Source of the DNA: Chrysomallon squamiferum
Lineage: Eukaryota; Animalia; Mollusca
NCBI GenBank assembly: GCA_012295275.1
Contig: CM022669.1
Coordinates: 1,612,001-1,676,000, forward strand
Direction of reading: 5' to 3'
DNA: 64,000 nucleotides
The position numbers and the translations under genes were made by a program. How positions within the stretch are numbered: position 1 is the stretch's first letter; each line of letters starts with the position of its first letter. Of this stretch, positions 27,479 through 42,800 are shown piece after piece. Under the pieces are notes generated by a model. The model did not search any database, was not told the DNA's origin, and was given only the letters and a program-made list of their open reading frames with translations.

Positions 27479-28864
27479 ATTATTATTATTATTATTATTA
27501 TATTTTATTTATTTGGGTAAATATATATATTGATATTAAATATCATTTTGTATCTTTACATTATGTTACAAAATGAACAATACTTAAAATTTGTATTTAT
27601 TATTATTTTGCTATTATTATTAATTATTATCAACATTATCATCATCGTTATTATTATTATAATTATTATCTAAGATACTTTAGAAACTTGCGGGGTTTTT
27701 TTTTATTGGAAAAAAACAACCCATTAAAGTAATTTCCAAACAAAACCACAATAATCAGCAAAACGCATATATGTATAAAACCCATATACTTGACAAGTAC
27801 ATGATGCATGTATATGTAAGACTGTACATTTATTTGGTATATCGATTAAGAAATGAAACACAGGTTAATCATTTAAATTCCTAAATATTTTATATATTCA
27901 GTTGTTTTAATGTATATAATGTTAAATTTGTGAGTAACCCTTTTCCTAATCTAAACCCATCCTTGTTAAAGTTCACAAAGCTATGTTTTTAAACTGACAA
28001 TCAGTTATTGAAGAGACCAGACATCGTGTCGCTGAATGTCAAACGGCTTAACAAGATGTCACATTAAAATAATGTAGAAAAGAAAAATGATAAGCCGGAA
28101 AACATATTTATGACTGTTGTGTTTCTTTAACAATGGTGTTAGCCGCGAACTTATAAGAAAATTAAATTTAGTCATTTCTATTCATTTATTTTTATTTATT
28201 TTGTTTTACAGTTAGGGTGGAACAGTTCGGGGAAAGAATGGAAAATAAATTATAAACATTTAGTAAACGTGCGAAATAATAAATTAATATATTAACGAAA
28301 GATAGAAAGATAGAAAGAAAGACTAATGCATGGATGGAGGCGCGGGCGGGTGGACCGCAAAACAGGAAAATGTGCAGAAAAACAAAGAAGCAAACAAATG
28401 TTGTCTTTTTCGTAGCGACAGAATGGACTTAAATAAAAATGGTGGCTGAAATGAAAACTGTTGCTTTTTTTGTGGCAGTATTCATAATGTCATTTTAATA
28501 TTATTTTAATCCTATTAAATTAGTGCAGTTTGATGTGTTACATTACTGACTCATAATACAAAATATTAAAATAATTACTATATTTTATTCTAACCAAACG
28601 TGGTAGATTGGCCCACTGGGATACCGACAAATTTGTCTTTGGTCCATCACTTTGGAAGTAACGGGGATGAAAAAGAAAGAAAGAAAGGATGTTTTCTGGT
28701 AGATATTTCATAACCCAAACATCACAGTCAACTAGAGATTACATAAATTATGATACTGACGTAATCTGGAAGATCTAAAAGGTTAGTTTCCTTCAAAAAT
28801 GTAGTAGTAGCAGTACAGAATCAGTACAACAAAGAGCAGAAGCAGTACTAGAAGTAGTAACAGA

Positions 28865-30170
28865 GGGAGCAGCTGTAGTACCTGCAGTAGCAGTAAACTG
28901 TAGTACCTGTAACAGTAGTAAACTGTAGTACCTGCAACAGCAGTAAACTGTAGTACCTGTAACAGTAGTAAACTGTAGTACCTGTAACAGTAGTAAACTG
29001 TAGTACCTGTAACAGTAGTAAACTGTAGTAACTGCAGTAGCAGTAAACTGTAGTACCTGTAACAGTAGTAAACTGTTGTACCTGCAGTAGCAGTAAACTG
29101 TAGTACCTGTAACAGTAGTAAACTGTAGTACCTGTAACAGTAGTAAACTGTAGTAACTGCAGTAGCAGTAAACTGTAGTACCTGTAACAGTAGTAAACTG
29201 TAGTACCTGTAACAGTAGTAAACTGTAGTAACTGCAGTAGCAGTAAACTGTAGTACCTGTAACAGTAGTAAACTGTAGTACTGTAACAGTAGTAAACTGT
29301 AGTAACTGCAGTAGCAGTAAACTCTAGTACCTGTAACAGTAGTAAACTGTAGTACCTGCAGTAGCAGTAAACTGTAGTATCTGCAGTAGTAGTAAACTGT
29401 TGTACCTGCAGTAGCAGTAAACTGTAGTACCTGTAACAGTAGTAAACTGTAGTACCTGCAGTAGCAGTAAACTGTAGTACCTGTAACAGTAGTAAACTGT
29501 AGTACCTGTAACAGTAGTAAACTGTAGTACCTGCAGTAGCAGTAAGCTGTAGTACCTGTAACAGTAGTAAACTGTAGTACCTGCAGTAGTAGTAAACTGT
29601 AGACGCAGTAGCAGTAAGCTGAAGTACCTGTAACAGTAGTAAACTGTAGTACCTGCAGTAGTAGTAAACTGTAGTACCTGTAACAGTAGTAAACTGTAGT
29701 ACCTGCAGTAGCAGTAAACTAGTATCTGCAGTAGTAGTAAACTGTAGTACCTGCAGTAGCAGTAAACTGTAGTACCTGTAACAGTAGTAAACTGTAGTAC
29801 CTGCAGTAGCAGTAAGCTGAAGTACCTGTAACAGTAGTAAACTGTAGTACCTGCAGTAGCAGTAAACTGTAGTACCTGTAACAGTAGTAAACTGTAGTAT
29901 CTGCAGTAGCAGTAAACTGTAGTATCTGCAGTAGTAGTAAACTGTACTACCTGTAATAATAGTAAACTGTAGTACCTGCAGTAGCAGTAAGCTGTAGTAC
30001 CTGTAACAGTAGTAAACTGTAGTACCTGCAGTAGTAGTAAACTGTAGTACCTGTAACAGTAGTAAACTGTAGTAACTGCAGTAGCAGTAAACTGTAGTAT
30101 CTGCAGTAGTAGTAAACTGTACTACCTGTAATAATAGTAAACTGTAGTACCTGCAGTAGTAAATTGTAGT
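28865..30170. repeat. ~1.3-kb minisatellite, 25-bp unit, two interspersed variants
   Basis: A = ctgtagtacctgcagtagcagtaaa and B = ctgtagtacctgtaacagtagtaaa, about 50 units. Confidence 0.97.
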
Positions 30171-30662
30171 AAAACAATGCTGCTATCAGGGACGAATCCA
30201 GTCGGTTCGTGAGGAAAACAGTGCTCTGAATAAGTGGTTTTAAAACTTATAAATAAGTTAACTCATCAGATTTCACTTTTTTTTACATTTATACAAGTTA
30301 ACTAAGATATTGGGATTGTCACACCAGCTATGAAAAAAGTCGTGTATATGCGCCTTAATACTTTGATTAAAAAATTAATGTTATGTGTATTAATACTCGG
30401 TAACAGAAATACTCGGTGTAGGTAACAGAAATAATGATGTTTAATCAGTTCAGTTTGTTCACACTAAGTACACACTTTTCTAACTCAAGTGTTCGCAATC
30501 TTGGTGTTGTATTGTACTTAACAACTACTGTTTTTTCTAGCTCTAGTTCGTGGCACGCGAGTGAAAGAACTAGTGGCTGTTCATTGTGAAGTTCTCACTG
30601 TACAACAGAAAGGAGAATAGAGTCTAATGTAATCTACAATAAACACTAATCTTTTCTGAGTG

Positions 30663-30781
<119 letters not shown>

Positions 30782-33700
30782 TGTCCAGGCTCAGATCTGT
30801 ATAATTTTATAAGTACATTGAAATGATAATATTTTAACGTACTGAGACAGAAAGAGACAGAGACAGAGAGAGAGAGAGATACAGATTCTCATTTAATCAG
30901 AATGTAAGCGTGTTTTTTTGGTTGGTTTTTAAAAGTCATTATTTCCACAACTATTTTATAAATAAATAAATTTATATGTGTACATATTAACTTTATTATT
31001 AAAGTTGTGAGCAGTTGGGCTAAAATCGCTACAAAACAAAAAAATAAATAATAATAAATAAATTTTAAAAATTAATAATAATAGTAATAATAATGATTAC
31101 ACTAAAAACAAATAAGTAAAAATAAATTCAAAATAAAAAATAAATTCAAAATAAAAAATATCAACAAAATAAAATGAAACAAAATAAAAATAAAAATAAA
31201 TAAAATAACCAAGCCCCTCCACCTCTCTAATTCCCCAATGCATCAGACTTTCTAAGTTACGAAAAATGAGACGAAACATAATTATTTAAAGTTTCCAATT
31301 TCAGTAAAAGAGAAAACAGCTGTAAATGACTATAAATGACAAACTATGGTTTTCTGGATAACGCTGTATAACAACTATTTCTCAACTGTGGGGAAAAAGG
31401 CACTTTTAACTTGCGTAATTTGTGTTAAACTGTAAAAGTTAAATTAGGAAAACTACCTGGATCTAAACCATTGTAGTAAATGATTAGGAAAATTTATATT
31501 ACTGTCTTTCATAAACAGCGCATAATTTCGTGCGAGACTTTGCTATTGAAAAGAAACAGAATGAAAATGTTACTGCTTTCAATATTTATCCATTTCATTT
31601 TCTGACATTGTCTACATCATCACTCGAAACTCTTTCTAGTGAAACGAAACGTGCTTTATCTTGATGACAGACAGACGGACAATCCGACAGACATTGATGG
31701 ATGCCTGCTAACATGCGAGGCAGAGAGGTTATCTTGTTTCAGAGACGCTGAATCTGGACAAAAACTCACAAACAAGTTTGATGTGTGTTTGTGGGTGCAT
31801 ACATATTTACACACATACACACTCACACACACACACATATATATATACACATTACACACATACATATATACATAGCCACATATATACATACGTATGTGTA
31901 TATAATTAGACATACCGATTGATAGAAAGAGATATAGATAGCCATTCATGTAATGCATCTCTCTCATTTTTTTACCTCTCTCTGTAGTTCTCAGTATCTA
32001 TTCATGTCTCTACAGTGTTTGTCTGTCTGTCTGTCTGTTAGACCAGAACATCTAAATTCTGAGATTCCGAAATTCCATGATTAGTTAACAGACAGTAAAC
32101 TAGACTTGTATCATCAGGACTCCCAGTAAAGATAACATTCATTTTTATCCTCTTATCAATAATACTTAACTTGAAAAGTAACCTTTGACCTCGTGAAACC
32201 AATGCAGTACATTTCTGTTTATCTAAAGATAAGGAAATTAAAAATGTGTTAACGTTTGCAACCCACTGATTTACTTCAAGTAAGATCGTGTGTAAAGTAA
32301 CTGAACTGTAAAGCTTATAAATACACACGTACATTAATAGAGATTTGCTGCTTCTTTTGTCTGTGGTTATGGCATTTGTTTGTGTCTAGTTTTGAGAGAG
32401 ACTTGATGAAATTATTATTATTATTAACTAACTTATTTATTTATTCATTCATATATTTGTAAATTCTTGCTTTTTTCTCAGCTTCTAATTATTTGAAAAA
32501 TAATTTGTAATCTTTATCTCTTTCACTCTCTATCGCTAAAGCTGTGTGGTGGTGAACTACTAACAACATAATGTTATCATTTCATTCTACAGCTTGACAC
32601 AAATTGTCGTTTTTGAAAAAGTTCGAAAAGTAACATTAATCTTCTGAAATAAACCCAGTGAGCTAAAGGTGCTTTCTTTCTAATTTTTTTTATCGGAACG
32701 ATTTATTTCATAGTATAAAGCTGTCTTATTACTCTTCAAAATATGACGCCATAAATACGAAAAACGTAGCCTGAATACTTTATCTATAACATTAAAAGCC
32801 AAGTTTTATTATTTGTAGACATTGCTGTATTTTTCTGCTTATTCGTAAATAAATCATACAGTTTATACTTTTACTTAATGAAGACAAAATGAAGTCACCA
32901 GTCATTCGACTGGAAATTATAAAAATGTTCTTTTTCCCTATCCTCCTCTTTTTCGTTCTTATTTATCATCATACAAGGAAAGATTTATGGTGACAGTGTA
33001 GATATGTTTTGCACCGGATGACATTTTTTGTTTTAGGTATGTCACTGATTCAGCTGATCAGCTTTTAGAGATAACCGTCTGTTCCTTTGACTGATATATG
33101 TGATGAAGCATGCTGTATGAACACCTGGTGTTTAAACAAACACGTGATAGTTTGTCAACATGCAGTTTCTTTACTTACCTTTAACTCACTTCACACCAGC
33201 CACAACTGGTCGATCAAATGAATTACGTGTGCCTTGAGTGTCAAGCGTCTTATAAAAGAATTGTTCACTTTACAGTGGAAAAAAGGTTCTCTAGGTATAT
33301 GAAAAAGACCTGTCTGAATTCAGTCAAAGTAGGCGTTTTTGACTGGTATAATTCTGATCATTGTTTGGAATAGAATATAATTCATCATACGACGATATTA
33401 TATTTTGTAAGAATGATTCTATAATTATTGTTGTTTAAATAATACCAATAGTAGCATTTATAGTAGCAATTACTACTACTGCTACTACTACTGTTTATTA
33501 TTGGTACGACTATTACTCCTCCCAGTATTATTACTACTACTACTATTTCTTATATTATTTTTGCTGTTGCTACTACTACTGTTTTTATTGTTACTAATAA
33601 ACATAAACTCTACCTACTGCAACAACTAGTATTATTAGTTTTTCTTCTGTAATGCTACAACTAGTATTATTAGAACTTGTTCTATTATCTTCTGCTAGTA

Positions 33701-35129
33701 ATAAATAGAATAGCAATAAACCTGTTTTTGTAAGAAATATTTATATTGCCGCAGAATTAATCCTGTAATTGTTATTGCTGTTGTCACCTATGTACAAGTC
33801 TAAAATTACATTTTATTCACTAAAACATGTGATTTATGGTTTGTGTACCTCTTACAACCATCTCGAGAATTTCTCTGAAATAAGTAATAAATAAAAAGAG
33901 ACAAACTGTCAAAGCGGATCTCTAATCCATAAGATAAAACAGAGAAAAAAGAATGCAAAGTTTGAAATTTCTAGTAAACACCCTTGATATCAAAAAAGAA
34001 AAAGAAAAAAAGAAAGAATGTAAAATAAATAAAAATGATTAAAAAATAGATAAAACTATTTTGGAAGTTTTTTCGTTTCTTTTTATTTTTTGGGGGGGGG
34101 TCTGCAATACCGTTTCTGGCTCAGAAGAGTCAGATTGCATAAAATATTTATAAACAATATGCTTCTGTGTACCCGATCAGCCGACACTACACCAGCGTCT
34201 ATCTGTTGACGCAGCTGCAGGGAAAGATAAGTTTCATTCATCTAGTTTTTGTCGAATTTTAGTTAGTTCTGTAAAACTATTCATAACTTTGTTTACTCGG
34301 ACAATAAATAGTTTGAGAAAACAAGCAATATGTTACTAAGGAATTCCAGTATCACCACGGAACATGAAATTTGATATTCAGCAAGAGCGTTTCAATATTT
34401 GTTTGGTTTTCTGTTTTTTGTCTGATGTGTAAGTACAATTATGAATCTCTTTGGCACGTGGTACACAGGCTTTAACTATGTGTGTATTATGAGAACGAGA
34501 TATCGTGCGTGCTACTATTAGAATAAAGTGGGTGTTTAATTACAATCAAAGATAAACTGACTTATTGCACACAGTTATAAATGTGTATATGTTAATACAA
34601 AATGTATCAAAATGTAAAAATGTTCTAATTAAAAGGCATAAATTTCAATGATCGTTCAGTTTTTTCAAATATAAAATTAAAAATATTCATTGTAATTTGT
34701 TATGGATTATGTTAGGACATTCTACGCATGTTGTTTTCTAAAAAGTCATAAACAATGTTAGTCATACATTATAGAGGCTGCGATTTCCAATTCCAGTCAG
34801 TGTTTATTTTAAAGATGTTATACATAAACAGGAAAATGTATATTTCGAACGTAAAAAACTGGTTCCAAGTGTATTGATCCGGCTACTTAGCAGTCAACTA
34901 CAAACCATAATTACGATGTAGGGCTAATATTTTATTGAGTTGTAGCACAGAGCTGAAGGCAGAGAATAAAACATTTTATCAAGTAATGTCACAGCTTTTA
35001 CGCTTACTTAATGAAAGCACATTCGATGTTGTCTATAACTGTATCATAAATAATCAAATTTTTTGTTCAACATAGAACGAATAATTTTCATGTATAAACA
35101 AAAACAATTATTTTGTTATCCTTTGTTAG

Positions 35130-35600
35130 TCTTATCCCTCTCTCACTCCCATTCTCCCTTACCCTCTCTCTCTTTCTCTCCATCTCTCTTTTCGTTTGGC
35201 TGTTTGCCTCTTTCTTTCTTTCTCTCTGCCTCTCTTTTTCTATACGCCTCTCTTTCTCACTGTCTGCTTCTCTCTCTTTTACTGTCTGGCTACCTCTCTC
35301 TTACTGTCTGCACTCTCTCTCTGTCTGCTGCCTCACTCTCTATTACTTGGTCTCTCTCTCTCGCCTTCTGTCTGCCTCTCTTTCACTCTGTCTGTTAACC
35401 TCACTCTCTCTGTCTGTCTGCCTCTCTATCCGTCTCTCTTTCACTCTGTGTGTCAGCCTCTCTCTTCTTCTGTCTATCTTCTTCTCTCTCTCTTTCCCTC
35501 TGTCAGCCTCTTTCTGTTTTCGACTCTCTCTCTTTCTCTTTCTTACTGTCTGACTTGTTCTTTATTTTATTTTCTCTCTCTTCCTGTCTGCCTGCCACTT
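35130..35600. repeat. Degenerate CT-rich low-complexity tract
   Basis: Decayed (CT)n/(CTGT)n. It produces three overlapping Leu/Ser-rich artefact ORFs. Confidence 0.9.
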
Positions 35601-36805
35601 ATTTTTTTTCCCCCGGTTAATTTAATTTATGAATCTTCCACAACTCAAATAAGAAGACAAATGTTCCGTGCACATGTAAAACATGACACAAACTGACATA
35701 TATCATCATAAGTTATTGCAAATATCTATATTTTGTGAGCATACTCAAAAACAACTATCGTCTAACAAGTTCTGTTTTTACTCAGAACAAAATCAGAATT
35801 TCAATGTGCAATTCTTTCGTGTTATTCTCGTTTAAAATCAGACGAGTGTAAGTGTATGTAGATCATTAAATCGTGCATGTCGAATTTATTTGCCTTCGTG
35901 TTATGTATTATGCAGTAACGATGTTCCAGGTTTTCTGTCAGGTGGCGCTGATGTTTTAGTCATTCCTCGTAGGTACATATACATGCATACATAGAGAAAA
36001 AGAAAAGTGATAATAAACATAAACTGATGTAAATAAAATATATTAAAAGAACTAAGTTTGTTTGTAAAATAGCACAGCTGTTGTTTCAAAGTCGCTTTTT
36101 GTGGCATTTATGACTGCATGTTTTCGAATAAAAATGTACAAACAATTAGGCCTAGTTATTATTTTTTGAAAATTTTGATGTTTACGGAAATCTTGTTATC
36201 AAGAGACTGACATATGACTTTGGTATCTAAAGTAGACTGTTTTCACAAAGGGAGAAAAATCTGGGATAAGTAAAAAAAAAAATGTTTAGTTTAATTAGAT
36301 AAAAATGAAAGTGATATTCCTGTATCCAAATTCAGAATAGATTAGTCTATTTCATTTTCCTCTATTGTTAACATTTTTTTCCTCTTTTATTCTTATTTAT
36401 CGTTATCGTCGGAATTAATTTGTTGTTTCATTTTATTTGATTATTTTTGTTTCCACATTCTTCATTATAATCTCGCTTATTATTATTATTAGAAATAAAT
36501 ATTTTTGCACTGGAACCTTTAATGTGAAATACGGATCAAAATGTTTTCGTGCACTGTCGATTGCATATTCCAGGCGTGTTCCACTTGAGTTCTTCTGGAG
36601 GCCTCATTTAGGTGCAAACATATTTGGCTGACTGAAATGTTCACAGGTTTGTTGATTGTAAAATGTTGTATGTAGGCTTTGCTAATTATATACAAACATA
36701 ATTACTGTTGGATCTTTCACTGTTTCTCTTTCTCTCGCTCTCTCCCTGTCATTTTTTGCTCTCACTTTTCTATATATATATATAAAGTGTATGTTCGTAT
36801 GTGTG

Positions 36806-36872
<67 letters not shown>

Positions 36873-37934
36873 CTCAACAAGTAAATAAAAGTTAGATGAA
36901 AAGTATTTATGCTATCTCAGTCAGTAAATGTTGTTCAGTTGTTGAAAGCTGCACGATCTATGATTTAAACAGACAGGTGACCGTCATGTTTATTTCCCCT
37001 GACCTCACATCGCGTGATACCAACAGAAAACTGACGATCCAAGTTCCAACAACATACTAACACTTCTTAATTAAAGTAAGAATAAACTAATTTTGTGGTG
37101 AATTTATTGACGTTATAGATTTCATACATAAAGGACGAATTAACTGTTTAAAAAATTATTTCACAAAAAAATTGTAATCATAGGTCAAAAATTAACTGTT
37201 TTCTGTTTTCATTATCAGACATTCTGTTAGCGCAAGAAATTCATATAAAACATCATAATTATTATTTATTAAGGGCTGATTAATAGTTGTTCAGGCTCTA
37301 TCTCACTATTTACGTAAAGAATGAGCACCTAATTCGTGTTTACAGTGAACACTCACAGATCACTCACAGATTCTGCGGGAATTTATTTAAAGCGTTACTC
37401 CGACGGTAAGAAATAGTTTTAAAGTTTTTTAATACTTATATTTTATAATTCTTGATATTTTGGGCAACCTAACATTGTTCATAATAAAATAAAATTACAA
37501 TAAAATTAAACTGTACTCGTTAGTTGTTATATTATGTTATTAACTGCGACTGAACTGCAAAATAAACAAACACACCAAAAAGAAAAAGAAAATAAGAAAC
37601 ATACTTGCAGATATATATTTAGATTGTTTGTACATTTTAATCTTTGTGTGAAAATGATAACAAAGAAATGGAGGAAAAGAAACTACATCTCTGATTTATG
37701 GTATTTTATTATAGTAACAACGTATACGACGGTGGTGTTTGCACACGTCGTTGTTGTGGCTATGATTTATTTTCCTAAGTTTTTCTTCCAAGTATCGACA
37801 CTGCTTGTCTCTGCTTTCGATACATCTCTATGTCCGTCTGGTGAATATGTGTACACGTCAGGCATAGCATATTACAGAAAATATAGACAACTACAATAGC
37901 TATAGATTTTCATGAGAATTGTCACAATTTAAAA

Positions 37935-37982
<48 letters not shown>

Positions 37983-38676
37983 TTAATAATAATTCTAATA
38001 ATAATAATTATTATTATTATTATTATTATTATTATAAAATACAATACATGGGCGATTTTCAATAATAGGTTTATCAGTGGTGTTTTTTTTATTAGTGAAA
38101 ACAAAAATGTATTTAAGCTGAAAAATCTCTTCTAGAGGCTGACATTATGAGCATATCAACTTATTCATTTAAAATATTGATAAGGAATGGGAAAACGTGA
38201 CGCATTTGTGTTTTCCATTTTCCCACCGGTAATTCTTACTGCTTTTAAGACCGGTATTGTTTTCCGCCTAAAAAACATCGATCGTGACGCTCTGTTTTTT
38301 TGGTTACATGTTTTGAAACAGAAGAGCAACATAGTAAATAAAGCTGATGGAAGGTTGGTGCTTCTAGCCCCAGTATATATGTGTCTACGTCATTATAAAG
38401 TAATTAGTTTTAGCTTCTTCTTGCGTACACGAGAAATTCAGTAGGAACAAGTCCGATTACTTTATAATATTACACCATTTTGTGTTTTAAAATTAAAATT
38501 GAATATAAATTAAAGAATATTTATCAAGTGAAAGAAAATCAATGAATTTACATACACACACACAAACGCACATACACACAAACACACACAAACATATACA
38601 CACACACCTATACATACAAACAGGCATAGACACACATTTACGAACAAAAACACATTCAGAACGCACACCAACGCAC

Positions 38677-38756
<80 letters not shown>

Positions 38757-39237
38757 TTTCCCTCCCACCATCTCTCAAATTGTAAAATGAGTTAACTAGT
38801 CAGATCTGTATATAAGTATAGAATTTGCTGAACAATTTGAAAGTGATACTGAAAGATAGAAGAACAGAAGAAATTAATGGAAGGAGTGTTGGGAAAGAAA
38901 TAGAATTTGGCAATGGTTTGTTGAGTGTGTATGTGTGTATGTGTTCTTACACATGAAAGAGTGAAATTCAAACACTGTCTTGTAACCATTGTAAAAAAAT
39001 ATATATATGGTATAAAGTTTTCTTTTTGTTTCTTGAAAGACGTAATAGGATTTGATCCCGTAACCTGACAGACATCTCTAGTGACCCGTCCTACAAATAA
39101 CACTTAAACATTACTGTACGTGAAATAAGGTTAATGACCAAAACAAGCTGTTGTTGACAAGGACCCCTGCGTCGTCATCATTTGATGTGAACCAAATAGA
39201 AATGTAAGTAACAACTCTCTCAATTTTATCATTTAAA

Positions 39238-39575
39238 TATGTATGTATGTGTGTATGTATGTGTGTCTGTATATGTATATGTATGTATGTATCTATGTAT
39301 ATGTATATGTATATATATATATGTATATGTGTGTGTATATATATATATATGTATATATGTATGTATAATGTATGTATATGTATGTATAATGTACGAATAT
39401 GTATGTATGTATGTCGTTTAAGATTCTGAATATTCTCCGTACCTCTGATTAGACTCTGCACATAGACAGTATTCGGGAACGCAATGGCGCAGGAGGACAA
39501 AGTCCAATCACGACTTCACAAACCCCGTCAGATGCCGCTGGCGAGACTCGAACGTATGGCACCCATTGACCCTAC

Positions 39576-39606
<31 letters not shown>

Positions 39607-39825
39607 TGTATGTATGTATGTATATAATTAGATTTGTATGTATGTATGTATGTGTGTATGTATTGTGTATGTATGTATTGATGTATGTATGTAGATATGC
39701 ATGTGTGTATGTATGTACGTCTAATTAGATAATATTCGGGAACGTACTGGCACATGAGAGCGACGTCAAATAACGACTTCATAAAACGACTTCCAGATGC
39801 TTATGGCAGCCATTCGCCCCCATTC
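39238..39825 (-). mobile_element. Two head-to-tail diverged copies of a tRNA-derived SINE-like element with (ACAT)n tails
   Basis: Both copies (~39470-39570 and ~39733-39820) share plus-strand blocks attcgggaacg...acgacttca.aaa...cagatgc...tatggca.ccatt. Copy 1 has a B-box-like GTTCGAGTC on the minus strand (~39545-39553). Each copy is followed on the minus strand by a tetranucleotide microsatellite tail. Confidence 0.55.
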
Positions 39826-42800
39826 TGAGACAATGTCGAGACAAACTGTAGATTCCGACTGTTGCCCCATCTTGTTAATAATAAAACTGTGTCTAATAAC
39901 AGTTCCTTCTACATTTCACATGTCATCGATTTCCAGCAGAAATGGTTTTTCTTACTAAATGTATTCCACGTCATTGGGTACATGCACAACGATTTGTAAC
40001 TATTACAGTTCGTTAAAACGTTATTAAAAATCTTAGGAACAGCTGCTACCCTTTGGAGTTATTTATTTTGTTTACATTCAAAGCTGAATATAATGCATTT
40101 GGTTTGTACGTGCTTATATGTGCATATATAAATATATGCGTGCCCAAATGAATGTAAGGAATCTGCTTTAAATGTTAATATCGAGCATATATACATCTAC
40201 TACTAATAGTACTGAGCTACTGTTACTGCAACTGTTATTTAGAATACCAATACTACTACTATTATCGCTATTACTACTAAGAAAAATTATAATAAAGGCT
40301 ATATAATTATTATTATTATTATTATTACTGTTGTTGTTGTTGTTGTTGTTGTTGTTATAATAATAGCAGCACTAACATCTATCATCGTCTATTTTTAATA
40401 AAATGTATCATGTTTTATCCTTTCAGAAGCAGCTAGAACTATTTTTGAACTATTTTCAAGAAAGAAAATGACATAGTACTTTAATGTGTTTTGCTTCGAT
40501 TATATATGTTTTTTTATCTGTCATAATGAAGTTACCGTTAAACTAAGTTCATCTTGTCTTTTTCTATTAGTATAAACCGGACTTGAGCCTCTAATTATTA
40601 TTATTGCATAAAGAGTCAATAACAGGGTGTAAGGAATCTCAAAGAAATATTTATTTTGTAAATTAATAATCGTATAAACCTTTGATCGTCAATTGCTTTG
40701 ATGTTTAAAAAATTTGGCAAAGGCAACACTAGTCTCTCGTCAAAATATCGTAGATTGGAAACGGATCTTGTCTGTGAAAATAGGCCAGTATTAATTCATG
40801 ATGAGCCCGATATCTGTGTTTGAAAATGTATCTTTATTTATAGGCAGGAGCATTTTGATCTTTGAAATTAATTAACTGATAATTTAAGAGAAAAACAAAA
40901 CAAAAAACATAGATCAGCCAAATAACTGAAGGTTGGATGGAATGAGGATGAATAGACAAACAAATAGATAGAAAGATAAATATAGAGAGAAACATGTATG
41001 TTTGTGAGTGCGTGCCCGCGAGGAAGTGAATTGATATGTCTTTAAACAGAGCTGATAAATTAATTTAGTGATAATTTTAATTAGATGGAGACCTTCTTTT
41101 TAAATTATTTACATTCACTATATTCAATACATGGATTATTTCGATAATTGTCATATTTATATCCTTTATGCAATAAGTGATATCCATACCATCTATACAA
41201 TAATAATTGGTTTCCAAATAATCTGGAACAGTTCATTATAATGACTAAGGTAACAATATGCATGTCAGTAATACCAATAGTGTCGTTTAAGAGTTCGACA
41301 ACATGGGCATTCGACCACGAGGGAGTAAGCCAAATTAATATGTAATAAACATGCCAGAAGTTCACACATTATTGTGGCACAAGAATCAGTAGGAATTAAA
41401 CATACAGCAAAGAAATATCCACTTAACCTAAACGATTTAGAATAGTTTTTATAAAAGCCTGAATATTAAAGATGATAAAACAGTTCACAGTGAAAAATAA
41501 TTCCAGGCTGTGGAAGTTATTCTCAAGGTCGAGCAATACCTTGCTTACTAGTTACTTTCCAAAATAAATAAAAGAAAATTTCACTTAGAACAATCTGTTA
41601 CAGATATAAACACATATATTATGTAAGAACAAAAATAGGCTCCTTTTGTATATCATGAAGTGGTTTGTTAACTGGTTTATTAATTTGGAATTTTAGAAAT
41701 ATTTTTAGTGTGAATTTTGGAAAAAACACCAAATTCCTTTCTTTTAAAAAAAAATTATAATTCTTTGCAATTTACATTCCACAAATACGAAACTGAATGT
41801 GAATCTTTTATAGTTAGCATAATAATAATAATAATAATAATAAAATATAATAATAGTTCGACAAAGAAGAAGGAAAAACAAATTTAAAAGGACACCCTAT
41901 TATCACTATACGAAATGAAAGAGCGAGGTAAATATTTACATTGCTATAAACTGTATCGCCAGAAAAACTGATTAAATATGAAGCCTCGAGTCAGAGAGGT
42001 CTCAAGTAAGGACAGACAAATTTCCGTTCTTTCCAAAGAATGTTTCACAGACAGAGAATGATGAAAAACATACAAGAAATTATTATATCTGTATTAGTTT
42101 AATAAAATAATCACCCAGTAACAAGAGATTTGTAAACAGCCATTTACATCAACCGCGGAGACGCAAATCTGAAATTGTAACATTATGGCTAGCAAACAAA
42201 TGTGATTTTTTTCTGTAGGAATCTGATTTAGTAGACAAAGACGTTTTCCATGCAATCAGAGACGAAACTGTCTTCAAAATATGAAATTATTCCAAACTCG
42301 AAAACAAATATAACTAACGGATGTTGTTTATCAGGAGATTTAGACAAAATTATGGATGAAGGTAAGTTCAGACTAATGGACAATTAAGTACAGAAAACTG
42401 GCAATAACCATTCAGTGATCATTTTCATCTGACGCTTCTTGCACATCTGGGCTATAGGCACAAACCTGGAAATGATACAGATTTGGACAGTAAATAAAAC
42501 TTGGCAGATATCAACAGACTGTTTACTTATTTCTAGTTAGATAGTCATGACGCTAATTAGGTGAAATTTGCTCAAGAAATTAGTTTGCCTACAATAACGG
42601 TATACAGAACTACTCGTTTGTAAAACAGTTTATTATGGCATCGTCATCTCAAGCTTTCAAGATTTTATTTATTTTTTTATAAATTTATTTATTTATTTAG
42701 GAATAGAACTGAGTTGTGTCAAAATAATAATATTAATAACTAGACTGGTATAAATATATTTTAAAAATATACATGTCTAAATAGTTAAAAATATATTCTG

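Noticed and set aside
23530-30170. Long regular arrays as CRISPR or as coding repeats (ORFs 24693-24914 and 29947-30177)
   Set aside because: No unique spacers and no cas genes, the context is eukaryotic, and the main 28- and 25-bp units break frame.
35063-35696. Three overlapping 111-166 aa ORFs
   Set aside because: They come from a stop-poor CT-rich tract and show no protein features.
41105-41365. 86-aa ORF with a signal-peptide-like start
   Set aside because: GTG start, no convincing splice sites and no recognisable domain.
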